From Podarcis muralis (taxonomy: Eukaryota): a stretch of DNA of 64,000 bases. Of this stretch, positions 36,946-49,504 are shown in pieces. The position numbers and the translations under genes were made by a program. Each line of letters starts with the position of its first letter. Position 1 is the first letter of the stretch. The notes under the pieces were generated by a model. It did no database searches. It saw only the letters and a list, made by a program, of their open reading frames with translations, and was not told the origin of the DNA. The stretch spans positions 40,176,001 through 40,240,000 of the forward strand of contig NC_135671.1 in assembly GCF_964188315.1 (NCBI RefSeq), read 5' to 3'.

Positions 36946-37515
36946 AACTTGGATGAAGGTATTGAGGGGGTGCTCATCAAATTTTCAGATGACGCCAAAC
37001 TGGGTGGGTGGGTAGCTAATGCGGCAGACACAGAACCAGAATTCAAAATGACCTTAATAGATATTTCTATTAAGAAATATATTAACAAGCTGGAACATGT
37101 GCATGGGAGGGCAACCAAGATGATCAAGGGTCTGGAAACCAAGACTACTGCGGAACAGTTGAGGGAATTGGGTATATTTAGCCTGGTAAAGAGGCAACTG
37201 AGAGGAGAATTGATAGCCTCTTCTAACATCTAAAGGGCTCTCACATGGAGGATGGAGCAAGCTTTTTCCCTCCTGCTTTATAGGGGAGGACCCGAACCAA
37301 TGGGTTCAAGTCACAAGAAAAGACATAAACATCAGGAAGAACTTTATGACAGTAAGAGCTGTTGGACAGTAGAACAGAGTCCTTCTATGGGAGGCTTTAA
37401 AGCAGAAGTTGGAGGCCCACCTTTCACGGATGCTTGAGTTGAGATTCCTGCATTGCAGAGGGTTGGATGGGGTGGCCCTTGGGGTCCCTTCCTAATCTAC
37501 AATTCTATCATTCTA
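36946..37515 (+). mobile_element. CR1 LINE 3' fragment with RT remnant
   Basis: DEGIEGVLIKFSDDAKLGG..RATKMIKGLE, followed by the CR1 3' UTR and tail. Confidence 0.88.
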
Positions 37516-37780
37516 GAATCAAATAACCAAGAGAAGTATCTCATCTATTTTGGGATAACGAGGAAGTGAATGAAATTGAATCTCAAACTCTAATTCAGGA
37601 CTGGGATAAATAGGAACCCAAAATTGACTGATTCCTCCATCCTTAGCCACAAGTGACTTGCCTTATGGAACGAAGGTGTTTTTCCTCAACTGAGTGTCTT
37701 ACATGGAAGCTGGAAACAGCAGTATGTTTTAGTTCCAAAATTCCTGAGCGGTGGCAATATTAGTTTGTTATAACAACTAT

Positions 37781-37885
37781 GTTGTTGTTGTTTAGTCGTT
37801 TAGTCGTGTCCGCCTCTTCGTGACCCCCTGGACAAGAGCACGCCAGGCACTTCTGTCTTCCACTGCCTCCCGCAGTTTGGTCAAA
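37781..37885 (-). mobile_element. BovB 3' end, 105 bp
   Basis: Tail (GTT)nTAGTCGTTTAGTCG. 11-bp TSD ATAACAACTAT (37770-37780, 37886-37896). Confidence 0.9.
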
Positions 37886-38331
37886 ATAACAACTATACAC
37901 ACAGGCAAGTTAAAGCTTTCTGTAAATTTCTGGGTGGGGTGGACAGTCTCTCTATGGAGATGGTGCCTATGGAGTAAAACCATAAGTTAATAATATTCTT
38001 GTTGTATATAACTCCCAGAAGGTTTAACACAATTAACAATGTATCTTTATTTTTCCTGCTGGAAATGTAAATGTCTGCCAATCTTTATCAATATCAAAGC
38101 TTATTGACCTGTGCCCAAACTTTGCCTTGCAAACATTCTTCCTTTAACCACCAGGACAGTCCATTGGAAGTTTCTTTTTTTCTAATGTTGACACGGTCTT
38201 TGATTTTCCTGCATCAAATATTTCCCTTATCTTCTTTGTAATATGCTTCTATGCATTTCAAAAACTCAACAGATCCCTTTCCCCCCCTTTCCTCTCTTCT
38301 TCACATTTAATAAAAATATTGTTATGAATCT

Positions 38332-38966
38332 TTTTTTTTTATAAAATATTTATTAAAGATTTTAGACATTATAATCACCAAACACATATAGAACCATCAC
38401 CAAAATACAATAAACAAAGAAAAACACAAAAAGAAAAGGAAAAGATTAACGCATAATACAAAAAACATACCACAACAAAATCAAATAATTAATAACCATA
38501 TTTTCTTCACTTTTTGGACTTCCTCACATCTCTCAATCCTGCGTTCCTAATTTATAAAATTTTAAACAGCAATTTATCACCTTATTTCGATTCTTATTTT
38601 GTAGTTTTCCAGTGTTATGTCTCTAACTTTAAATACTTTTATCAAGAGCTTAAATACTTAATTTAGACATAATATTAATCCAAAATTTGTCTTTTTCTCA
38701 AGTTTCACCTACTCTCATATTCCTTTCTACTAGATTGCTGATGCCATGTTATTTTCAATCTTACATCCTTCTTAGCACTCATACAGTTTACAATGTTTTT
38801 GTAAATAGTCCTTAAATTTTTCCCAATCCTCTTCCACTGCTTCTTCTCCCAGGTCTCGGATTCTGCCAGTCATTTCTGCTAATTCCATATAGTCTATCAG
38901 TTGCGTCTGCCATTCTTCCAGCGTGGGCAAATCTTGGGTTTTCCAGTGTTTGGTGATAAGTATCCT
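38332..38966 (-). mobile_element. L1 3' fragment
   Basis: ORF2 end ..HWKTQDLPTLEEWQ..EEDWEKFKDYL. PolyA tail. 21-bp TSD TAAAAATATTGTTATGAATCT (38311-38331, 38967-38987). Confidence 0.88.
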
Positions 38967-39296
38967 TAAAAATATTGTTATGAATCTGTGGGTGTAAGAC
39001 ATCCTGAATTCTGGATTAAGTTAGAGTTAGTATTTAATTAAGGTTGGGATGTTAGAACTAAGAAATAGCAAGACCTGTGCATATTCAAGATGTGTGTTGT
39101 CAGTGTTAATCCAGGAGTTAGCAGGTAGGCTAATTCCAGTAGGTGAGCTCTTTAATGAGTTTTATTATTCATATTTTTAAAATAGTTTTTTTTAATTTAT
39201 TTTTTAAAATTCCATGATACAGTAAAATTATAACTACAAAAATTACAACTTGAATAAGCTGAATATGGAGTCCTCTCTTAAAAGTAAGGCTTAGCC

Positions 39297-39548
39297 CAGG
39301 AGTCAGCAAGCTTTTTCAGCAGGGGGCCAGTCCACTGTCCCTCAGACCTTGTGGGGGGCCAAACTATATTTTGAAAAAATAATAATGAACAAATTCCTGT
39401 GCCCCACAAATAACCCAGAGATGCATTTTAAATAAAAGCACACATTCTACTCATGTAAAAACACGCTGATTCCCAGGCCGTCCGTGGGCCAGATTGAGAA
39501 GGCGATTGGGCTGGATCCAGCCCCCGGGCCTTAGTTTGCCTACCCATG
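39297..39548. mobile_element. hAT MITE
   Basis: TSD GCTTAGCC/GCTTAGCT (39289-39296, 39549-39556). Subterminal repeats typical of hAT. Confidence 0.75.
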
Positions 39549-39787
39549 GCTTAGCTCTTTCCACCCACAGAGGACAGTAGCTCCTCCTCGGTCTCACCTG
39601 GGATCTTTCCTTTCTCCTCCCAGCCTATTACCCAGGGAGACCAACATTTCTCTGTCTCTCACCCAGGGCCCTCCATCAACCATCTACCACCCCATCAGTA
39701 TACAATCTCTGGACCTTAATAAAGGCCTCAGACAAAGGACTTCAAAGAAAGAAAGAAAAAAAAAAGAAGAGAAACAGAAAAAAGGGT

Positions 39788-39826
<39 letters not shown>
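39788..39826. repeat. (GAAA)n microsatellite
   Basis: Direct reading of the sequence. Confidence 0.9.
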
Positions 39827-40513
39827 AGCTAAGATTTAAAACAAAAACTAGAGAAAGATACAAAAAAGAAAACTTCTGATTTTCTTCTGGCTACATTAAA
39901 AAAAATTATTTAAAACATTCAGATTTTTTATTAAGCTAGCTGAGAAACCTTAATCTCTTTGTTTCTCAGGGGGTAGATGAAAGGGTTCTGTAGGGGGTGT
40001 GACCACTGCGCACCCAACAGGTGGCCTTCCGGATCTTGTCACACTCCAGCTCCCATGATCAGAGATGATGGGAGCTGGAGTCACCAAAGTCTGGAGGACA
40101 CCAGGTTCCCCATCCCTGCTGCAAGTATTAGGCTGCAATTCTATACACCATTCTATACACATCCATCCCGCATCACCAGTGGTCAAGCATGTTGGAAATT
40201 GTACTTCCAGCAATATTGACAGGGTGTACGCCTATACATACTTACCTGGGAGTCCCAATATACTCCCTGGGGCTTACTTCTGAATAGGCAGACATATATA
40301 GGAAGGATTTAAAAACAGTTGTTCTTATGGGTATCTTTGAAGATGTCTGTCTGATAAACAGCTGTCTGTGCAGCTGAATTTGCATACTATGAACAACTCT
40401 CCTTGAGGCAAGCATCTTATCTATTTTGCCATTCTCCATCTATGCAGCCAACATGGTCTAGTGTGACCATTGTGCAAACCAATGAGTGAAAGACCCCCTA
40501 TTTTAATGAATTC

Positions 40514-41436
40514 TCATTTAGCAACCCACTGTTCAGCTGAAGTGCCTGTGGTCACCAGTCCAAGCTTACTGAAGAGCCTTTTCATGGCTGCCTTCATCTC
40601 ATTGTTTCTCAGGTTGTAGATGATAGGGTTCAGCACGGGGGTGACCACGTGTATGCAACAGTGGCTACCTGCCTCCTCTCACCTGAGGAGGTGGAGGATG
40701 GCTGGAAGCAGACTCCAATGATGCTGCCACAGAAGAGGGTCATGACAGTGACATGGAAAAGTCTTCTTCTTTCCAGCTGCTGAAGGTACCTTAAGCACGG
40801 CACCTACAATCCAGATGTAAGACAGCAGGATGCAGAAAAATGGAGTCATCACCAGCATGCTGCCAAATGCATAGACCAACATTTGGGTAGAATGAGTGTC
40901 AGAGCAGGAGAGATGCAATAGAGGATAAGTGTCACAGAAGTGGGAAACCTCTCAGGGACCACAGAAGGAGAGCTGGTCGGTCAAAAGAGTGTGGAACAAG
41001 CAGTAAACATTGGGGAGACCCCAGGAGCCTGGGACTAACAAGAGCCAGTGTTTATGACTCATTAGAGTGGCATAGTGCAATGGATGGCAGATGGCCACAT
41101 ACTGGTCATCTGCCATGGAAACCAGAAGGAAGCTGTCAATATTGCCAAAGGCAATGAAGAAATGCATCTGGGTTAGGCAGCCCCAGTAGGAGATGTCTGC
41201 ACTTCCAGAGTCTCCAAAGGTCTCCAGCATCTTGGGAACAGTGACATCCACCAGAAGAAGTACATGGGGGCAGAAAGGAGAGGAGGATCAGAGCAGATGA
41301 GCAGGACAATAAGCACATTTCCCAGTATAGTCAGCAGATACATGGTTAGGAAAACGGGAAAGAGGATGCCTCGGTATTCTGCACTGGCAGAGAAACCTGA
41401 AAGGATAAATCCAGAAAAGACTGTTTGATTGCCCAT
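40514..41436 (-). pseudogene. OR1-family pseudogene
   Basis: ATG at 41436 reads MGNQTVFSGFILSGF..GN..PMYFF, then deletions and a frameshift. MAxDRY has decayed to MADDQY, there is an in-frame TGA after SFCGP, STCGSHL is deleted, and the frame ends LNPIIYNLRN. Confidence 0.88.
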
Positions 41437-41897
41437 TGTGACATTTTTCTGTTGAGAGAGAAGCAGAAACCAGCATGATATTACATGTTTGTAAATACTG
41501 GAATACATCTGTAAAGCAGAAGCTTTGAGATGCACAGCAACAAAATGGGCAGCTAGGCTCAAACTGCTAAGTTAAAATGCTGTGTGCTTTCTTCACACAA
41601 TTTAGACAAAAATGGATCATGCGTTTTCCCAATTAGCTTCATTAATATCCATACCTATATCAGTTCCACATTGTCAGGGACTAGGTGGATGACGATGGGG
41701 GGTGCGATGCTTCAGAGGAAGAAGGCTCAGAGCCCAGGGATTGGTGGTGGGACACTGAGGAGAGATCAGAGGGAGAATGGGGGGTGGAATGGTTGGGTGC
41801 TGAAGAGGCAACAGGCTTTAGTGAGCAAGGAAAGCCTCTTGCAGGGAGCAGTTCAGACTCAGACATCGAAGCAGAGGAGGCAGGACCAGAAGCTGCA

Positions 41898-42040
41898 GAA
41901 TCATGGAATCATGGAGCTGTGGAGTTGAAAGGAACCCTCAGGATCATCTAGCCCAACCCCTGCAATGCAGGAATATGCAGCTGTCCCAGATGAGTATCAA
42001 ACGTGCAACCTTGGCATTATCAGCCAACTCTAACCAGCTG
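41898..42040 (-). mobile_element. SINE with tRNA-Ile-like head and CR1 3' tail
   Basis: Minus strand cagctggttagagttggctgataatgccaaggttgcacgtttgatac.., then cctgcattgcagggg..ctagatgatc..atgattccatgatt. Confidence 0.7.
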
Positions 42041-44344
42041 CTCTGGTGTAGTGATCAGATGGGATTACTATGAGGAATTATAAAATATGCATCAAGCCAT
42101 TGTGTCCACAATGAAAGCTTTGCGTTGACTGGGTTTGATTCATTGACAATAATTTCTGATCAAATCCCACAAGGCTCTGCATCTCTGGCCATTTTCTCTG
42201 CTGTCCTATTTCTCTGCCTGACAGGCACATATCAGCATTCTAAAACACAGGCCAGTTGTTCACCAGGCATCCTCAGTACATAAAGAGAGTAGGTTACTTT
42301 GATGTAGTTTAATCTTTAGATAGATCTTTGGGCCAGGAAGAGAGTTCACAAAGAGATGGTAAATATTACCCATCCTTCCTTCCTTTACTGCTTGTTTCTG
42401 ACCTCCGGGTTTGCTGTATGCATTCCTCCTTTCTAGTCCTCTTTTATTTACTCCCAGATATGTCTGCATGCTCAGAGTAGTCTTTGTAGTTAACAGAATT
42501 TCTTCTGATCTGATCTGACTTTGTCCCATGTGGGGGTTTTGAAATGCTCAGAGGAAATCTGATTGGTTCTTACAAACACTGTGTAAAAAGTTCTTTTGTG
42601 AATAAAACGACCTGGGCCGAGGAGTGGACAGGAATTATTATTATTGGCACCCCTCCCAGAGTCTTGCTGGTCAAGCCTCGCGTGTATTCTATTAATCAGA
42701 GTCCAATCCTTCCTTGCTTTGGGAATGCTACATCTGGTGTGACCTTTTTATGCTAGTTGGGCACCTTCCTGGATTGTTAAAAGGTCCTCTGGGAGGCTAT
42801 GCCTGCCGCCACAGGAAGCAGTAGAGGAGGAGGAGGAGAATGAAGCAGGGTGCGAAGTGCGATGGGGGAAGGAGTGGGTGGGTGGGTGAGTGAGCAGCAG
42901 CAGCAGCTGCGGGGTGGTGGTGGGGAGAAAAAGAGGTGGCAGTATGGCATACCAGCGCAGGCTGCCTCCAAAAAAAGCACTGCTCCTGCCTCTGTCACCT
43001 GTCTTAATAATATTTGGAAATGCTCCAACAGGCAAGAAGGGAAGATTCATTATTTTGGCCCTAATGCAGATATTAGAAGAAATATGCCCAGGTTAGAGGC
43101 CCCAAACTCCTACCCTGTTAGCAATCTATTTTCCAGAAACCAAAGAGATTCTCCATTAACAAATGCTCAAGATAACCCAGGGTCTAGGGGTAATTATACT
43201 AAAAGCAAATCATGATAACTTTAGCTCTCCTTTAAGATACAATACCTGACTAGAAAACATCTGGAAAGGTCTTAACTTTCTTTCCTGAAAGCTGGAATTT
43301 TGGGATAATAAGAAGGCAGATAAGGATTTTATTTGTATGTTCCAGCAAATTGTTATAGTAAATTTGCAAGCAGAGTTTCTTTGCTCAAGCTGCTATCACT
43401 TTGGATTTGGCACACAGAAAGAACTGTCAATTAATAGGCAATCAGGGGTAAGAACATGCGGCCCTCCAGATGTTGCTAGACTACAACTTCCATCATTTTA
43501 AAAATCACTTTATTTGGTGGAAATTCTCAGTAAGAATAATAATAATAATAGGAGAGCACAAATGGAGGCATGATAGACAGATATAAGCTGCAATATTCGC
43601 TAACTAACTTGGTTCCTGAACAAACTTCTAATGAGCTCCATTCCCTTCTATGATTAACCACACAGGGCTTTTCTTAAAGACAGTAGAAGTCTTTGGAGAG
43701 TTGAGCCTCGAAGCATCTGGGGACGCAGATGAACACAGCATAGAAGGGAGGGAATTATCTGGGTATCTTGGGTGCAATTTCCTAGACAGGGTTATCTAGT
43801 CTGGTTCTACTGGAGCCTTCAGGTCCAGATTTGCCAACTGGTGTAAATCTGCACTGAGCAAAATGAACTGGATTTGCAGCTATTGTACCTTTGGATCAAA
43901 GGGGATGGCTAATTGGCTGGCCTTACTGCACCAAAAGCAACTTGGCCAAATTCTCACCTAGCATAAATCAGACTTTGTCAAAAACTTTGGGGCAATAGCC
44001 CTTGCATCAGTTTAGAATGGCAACTTTTGAAATTAACTCCAGGAGAAAATGTATGAATAACATTGGAAGAATAAACACAGAACATAGCATTGCCTTAGCA
44101 ATTAAGCTCCAATCCTATAACATGTTTACCTGAAGTCCCCTTGATCTCAGTGGGGCATTTGCACTGTTAAGTTATCTAAATGCAGCAATAAAAACACTGC
44201 TTTGGGCAGATCCACTGCATACACTTTCATTCAACACTTGGCTACACCCAAAAAAGTCTGCGGTCTGTAGTTTGTTAAGGGTGCTGGAAATTGTAGCTGT
44301 GTGAGAGGTAAACTATAGTTCCCATGAGTCTTCAGGGGACATAA

Positions 44345-44709
44345 AGGTAAAGGTAAAGGTACCCCTGCCCGTACGGGCCAGTCTTGCCAGACTCTAGGGT
44401 TGTGCGCTCATCTCACTCTATAGGCCGGGAGCCAGCGCTGTCCGCAGACACTTCCGGGTCACGTGGCCAGCATGACAAGCTGCATCTGGTGAGCCAGCGC
44501 AGCACACGGAACACCGTTTACCTTCCCGCTGGTAAGCGGTCCCTATTTATCTACTTGCACCTGGAGGTGCTTTCGAACTGCTAGGTTGGCAGGCGCTGGG
44601 ACCAAACGACGGGAGCGCATCCCGCCGCGGGGATTCGAACCGCCGACCATGCGATCGGCAAGTCCTAGGCGCTGAGGTTTTACCCACAGCGCCACCCGCG
44701 TCCCTTCCA
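44345..44709 (-). mobile_element. Sauria SINE, full length
   Basis: tRNA-like head and (TTTACC)n tail. 13-bp TSD TCAGGGGACATAA (44332-44344, 44710-44722). Confidence 0.95.
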
Positions 44710-45207
44710 TCAGGGGACATAATGTGCTTTAAATGTGATCACCTTACTCTGTGGCTCTTACCCTCAGGCCCACACATCAGGCAAGCAAGGAGAGGTGTTT
44801 GTGCCTGGAGAGAGGGGATGGAGGACTCCCCCTAGCTGGCCCAGCTGCAGCAAATTCCTCCAGGCTACCAACTTTCCCTCTCCACATGGTATCATCTAGC
44901 AGTTTAATGTGGCAATCCAAATCCCTAGCTGGCAGCACAGGGTTGAATGGAATGGTGTAGCTGCCACCACACCCACAGCTCATGCCAGACAAGGCAGAAA
45001 GGGGCAGGCAGAGGACAGCATGTCCCTTTGCTGGGCTGCAGCAGCAAAGAGACCCAGATTGGTCCTGCTACTGTCATGGATGGATGGCAGCAGGGCTGAC
45101 TCAGGATCCAGCCCGCCCTGTGTTGGCCCATTTCCCACTGCCAGTGCAGATGGGAATACCACTACAGTATCTTCCCTCTGCCTGCTTCTTGGATGGCTGC
45201 ACTGGAG

Positions 45208-45522
45208 CAGGGGCATAGCTAGCTGCTCCGGCACTTGGAGTGGTGGGGGCAGGGCGATCCATCCATGGGGGCATTGTGGCGATCTGCACATGGGGGCACC
45301 GCATGGGGGTGCTGTGGCGATCCGCCCAGGGGGGCAGTGTGGCGAACTGCCTACGGAGTCCGCCTGGTGGACACAAGCCCCATGCTGCTGTTTCAGGCAG
45401 GAGAGACCCATGGCTCAGGCACGCTGCAGGCCAGGCCCCACGGTAAGTGCCGACCCCCGCAGTGTGCCATTTTGTCACCCCCCTCAAGGACGACACCTGG
45501 GGTGGACCTTCCCATGCCCCTG
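45208..45522. mobile_element. hAT MITE related to 15160-15505
   Basis: TIR CAGGGGCAT / ATGCCCCTG. TSD CACTGGAG/CACTGGGG. Shared ccattttgtcaccccc motif. Confidence 0.75.
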
Positions 45523-46830
45523 CACTGGGGTGCTCCTTGATGGTGAGGCTCACACATCAGGCAAGAGAGGCTTTTCTGAACTATTGAGCTGGGTCTCTGC
45601 TTGGTGTCACCTCAGGGAACTTCCAAGTTTTTAAAGAAGAATAAATAAATGTTTGTTCTCTTTCTCCCCCATGAGTTGGCCCCAAAGTGATCCGTGTCTC
45701 TGTCTGCTACAGAATCATAGCTCATGGGGATGCTGCCTGAGTGAGCTTTATGGTAGCTATAAATATAACCCCCCCTTAATTTGTGCTTCTCATTGCTGCA
45801 TATTAGAACACAACTTTGCTATTTATGGTGTAGTTACTTGGTTTTTTATCTAGGTCTTTGTTGCTTTCTGCTGCTCCCAACTCCCTCTATGATGAAGCCA
45901 TCTTTGGACAGCTGAGCACAGCTGGGCAGGTAACCTCCATGGAACATGGTCAAGGGTTTAAATATCCAGCTTTTGAGTTACTATACTTGGAATTCCTGCT
46001 GTATCTTTGTGTGTGAGAAAGGGGATCTTTGGAAACAGGCTGAAGGATGGCAGCAGCGCCATTCTTTTTCCCTTGGCCAGCAGGAGATCCTTCTCAATTT
46101 ACAATGAAATAAACTTCCACAACTCCCATGAAGCTACCTCTTGCTTTGAGCTGGCATGCAGCAGGAAAATTATGATTCAGGCAGCCAGGAAGGGTTGGAG
46201 AGAGGATGGAGGGATTTCTTTCATTTTTCTCCCTCCCTACTCTGTCGTCTACTGATCAACCTGTCTGCAGGCTTATCCACCCTCACCTTTCTCCTGCTCT
46301 TTCCGGGCACAGTCTGTGCTTTAAAGCTCTGCATCTGAGCCCCTTTGTTTTGCTCCAGAAAGCCTAAATTAAGGTTTGCTCTGATTGAGCACTAAAGAGT
46401 GAGTTTTCAATGGGAAAACTCTGGAGCAAAAAAAGCAGGGTGCTGGGACACAAGAGTTTTAAAGTGCAGGTCTGTGCCTGGGAAGAGCAGGCCAACAGCT
46501 AAGTGTGGCTAAGCCCTACCTTTAGGGTCCAGGGAGAAGGGGGTGGATACACAGATAAATAAGCACCATTGATATACTTGGGGCTTTAAGGAATAATAGG
46601 TAAAAGAGCAAGGAAAAACAACAACAGGTGCCTGTTTCAAGGAAGAGAGGAGGCAGGGAAGTTAACATAGATGCAAATGTGGAAGAGGAAGAATATAGGT
46701 GATGGTTACATGTATCTGGGTTCAGGGTAGATCTGGGTAATATGGCACCCTGAGCAAAGAACACATTTGGAGTGCCCCCCCCCCCAATATTTCTTATTTT
46801 CACAATCATTCCTTTTGGTGCAGTTCTTCT

Positions 46831-46837
<7 letters not shown>

Positions 46838-46861
<24 letters not shown>

Positions 46862-46862
46862 G
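46838..46862. repeat. (GCT)8 microsatellite
   Basis: Direct reading of the sequence. Confidence 0.9.
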
Positions 46863-47235
46863 TTTGTGCCTCCTCAGCTTGGCGCCTGCACCACCCTAAA
46901 CCCGGCACTGCTGAGTTTAGTTCCTGTAGAGCAGGTGTGGCAAATCTTTCCAGGGGTTGTATGCCAGTGGTGGGTTGCCCACCCCACACCCTCACACACA
47001 CACCCTTCCATGCACCAGCATGCAGGTCACACACAGGCACACACAGAGCCCAGCTCCTCCAGGTGAGCTGGACAGAGCCATAAGGAGGAGGCATGATCAT
47101 TCCCTGTCCAGTCCTCAAATGATCTTTTTTTCCTTTGCTGCTGCCAGCAGACTTGATGGGGGGAGCAGAAATATTTGCTTGGGTGGCCAGATTAGGCTCC
47201 CAAACTGAGGGCTAGCCACCACTGCTCTGCTTTAA

Positions 47236-47372
47236 TGGTGTTCCCCAAACTTGGGTCTCCAGCTGTTTTTGGACTGCAACTCCCATCATTCCTAGCTTAG
47301 CAGGACCAGTGGTCAGAGAAGATGGGAATTGTAGTTCAAAAACAGCTGGAGGCCCAAGTTTTGGAAACACTG
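47236..47372. mobile_element. Short palindromic hAT-type MITE; degraded relatives at about 8285-8395, 24266-24408, 40012-40118 and 53360-53430
   Basis: Long imperfect inverted repeat gtgttccccaaacttgggtctccagctg..cagctggaggcccaagttttggaaacactg. Confidence 0.75.
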
Positions 47373-47676
47373 CTCTTGAGGGTTACATCAACACCTTCCC
47401 TGAAACAGGAGAGATTTAAGAAGATCGGAAGGGAGAAAGAGAGGAAAGGTGTCAGAGTAAGTGGCTGGTGGGTCCTGATCTATGTTAACATGTCCAAATG
47501 TCACCTCTCCCTCCACTGAATAGTATTGAGCCTGAGCATGTCACACTCCAAGTGGCCCTGTCACCAAACTTAGGAAATAAAAAGACCAGGTGAAGTGGAG
47601 GGAAAAGACAGAGGAGGGGATCTGTTCTTTAAGGCCAGAATGAAGCATGAAGCTATAAACAAGCTTGTATGTCCAG

Positions 47677-48021
47677 GGTGGCGCTGTGGGTTAAACCACA
47701 GAGCCTAGGACTTGCCGATCAGAAGGTTGGCAGTTCGAAATCCTGCGACGGGGTGAGCTCCTGTTGCTTGGTCCCTGCTCCTGCCAACCTAGCAGTTCAA
47801 AAGCACATCAAGTGCAAGTAGATAAATAGGTATCGCTCTGGCGGGAAGGTAAACGGTGTTTCCGTGCACTGCTCTGGTTCACCAGAAGCGGCTTAGTCAT
47901 GCTGGCCGCATGACCCGGAAGCTGTACACTGGCTCCCTTGGCCAATAAAGCAAGATGAGCGCCGCAACCCCAGAGTCGTCCACGACTGGACCTAATGGTC
48001 AGGGGTCCCTTTACCTTTACC
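47677..48021 (+). mobile_element. Sauria SINE, near full length
   Basis: 9-bp TSD TATGTCCAG (47668-47676, 48022-48030). Tail motif shared with the BovB 3' end. Confidence 0.93.
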
Positions 48022-48059
48022 TATGTCCAGCTGAGGCCAGGCTGAACTTCCCTTACTGG

Positions 48060-48232
48060 CATAGGAGCCAACTCCCAGAGACCAAGGTCCTTCCCCCTCC
48101 ATAAAATATTTGAGGGGTCCAAGCCCATCTGCCCGCCATTAATGGGCATTGTCATTCAAATGGTGTGTGGTTGATTAAGCTGGTTGGTGCTTAAGTCCCA
48201 CCTCCCATATTTTATTCAAGTTGGCACCCCTG
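48060..48232. mobile_element. hAT MITE
   Basis: TSD CTTACTGG/CTTACTGA (48052-48059, 48233-48240). Confidence 0.7.
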
Positions 48233-48355
48233 CTTACTGAGGTTGTTGCTTGAATAGTAATTGATGGTTTTCACTTCTTTGGCCAATGGATATGGGACAG
48301 AGTGTCCTCCCCCCCCCCTGTAATTATGGTCCTAGGGAAAGTGACAATTGAAGTA

Positions 48356-48915
48356 CCGTATTTTTCGCCCTATAGGACACACTTTTCCCCCTCCAAAAAT
48401 GAAGGGGAAATGTGTGTGCGTCCTATGGGGCGAATGCAGGCTTTCGCTGAAGCCTGGAGAGCGAGAGGGGTCGGTGCGCACCGACCCCTCTCGCTCTCCA
48501 GGCTTCACACACCGCTCCACAAGCAGCGGGAGCCCAGCGGTGGGCTCCCGCTGCTTGCGGAGAGTTGCCTGCATGCCAAAGCCTGCGCGCGCTCAGCTCA
48601 GTGCGTCCAGGCTTCGCGGACCTCTCCGCAAGCAGCGGGAGCACTCCCGCTGCTTGTGGAGAGTTGCTTGCATGCCGAAGCCTGCGCGCGCTCAGCTCAG
48701 CGCGTCCAGGCTTCGCAGACCTCTCCGCAAGCAACGGGAGTGCTCCCATGGCTTGCAGAGAGCTGCCTGTTTGGGGGCTGGGGTCGGGGGAAGCTCGAGC
48801 TTCCCCCACCCCAGCCCCGCGCCTGGGGAAAAAATAATTTCCCCCCTTTATTTCCCCCCCCAAAAAACTAGGTGCGCCTTATGGGACGGTGCGTCCTATA
48901 GGGCGAAAAATACGG
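48356..48915. mobile_element. Tc1/mariner (Tigger/pogo-like) MITE with internal palindromes and tandem units
   Basis: Perfect 23-bp TIR CCGTATTTTTCGCCCTATAGGAC. TA TSD at 48354-48355 and 48916-48917. Confidence 0.92.
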
Positions 48916-49504
48916 TATGTTGCAACATACTTTTAAAAAGCAAGGTTCTACCCCCATATAATGCAGATATAGGAGGCAAAATTTACATGCCACTATCCGC
49001 AATAGTTTTATGAAATATTGAGCCTGCTCCTGCTTCCTGTTGCTCATAACCAATGCGATGGACTCACAGCTGTGATTTACATTTAGGGAAGCAGGGATAT
49101 TCACAGACAGGGTTGGCACCAGCAGTTGGCATTCTCGGGTACCTGTCAAGGCCCACATCACAGCAGACGGCCTGCTGTCGATCTTCTGACCCCACTGCTT
49201 TCCCCCCATGATGCAACTGCCTGCTGACGTGTCCTCTCTGACCCTGCAGGCTGTGAGCAGAGTGATGAGATGGAGTAGCCTCCTTTGCTTCCCTTGTGCT
49301 TTACGCTCTGGATAGTTGCACGGATTGAGCTGTGCAGGGAGAGGGCAGATTTGTTTTTCATGCTTTCAAAAGTATGCATGCCATAGGAAACCCTTTTTGT
49401 AGAGAATGTGCCTAATAAGGCTTTAAATACATCATATGCGCTGGGTGAACTGCTGCAGAGCTTCATGAATTTTAATCTAGTTCCCTTTCAGGCTCCTCAG
49501 AGAC

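Noticed and set aside
42522-42732. Possible solo LTR (TG..CA with internal AATAAA)
   Set aside because: No matching 4-6 bp TSD and no second copy in the window.
44909-45634. 241-aa ORF
   Set aside because: GC-rich, stop-poor sequence crossing a hAT MITE. No domain signal.
48302-49013. 189-221-aa ORFs with internal repeats
   Set aside because: Translations of the GC-rich tandem and palindromic MITE interior. No transposase motif.
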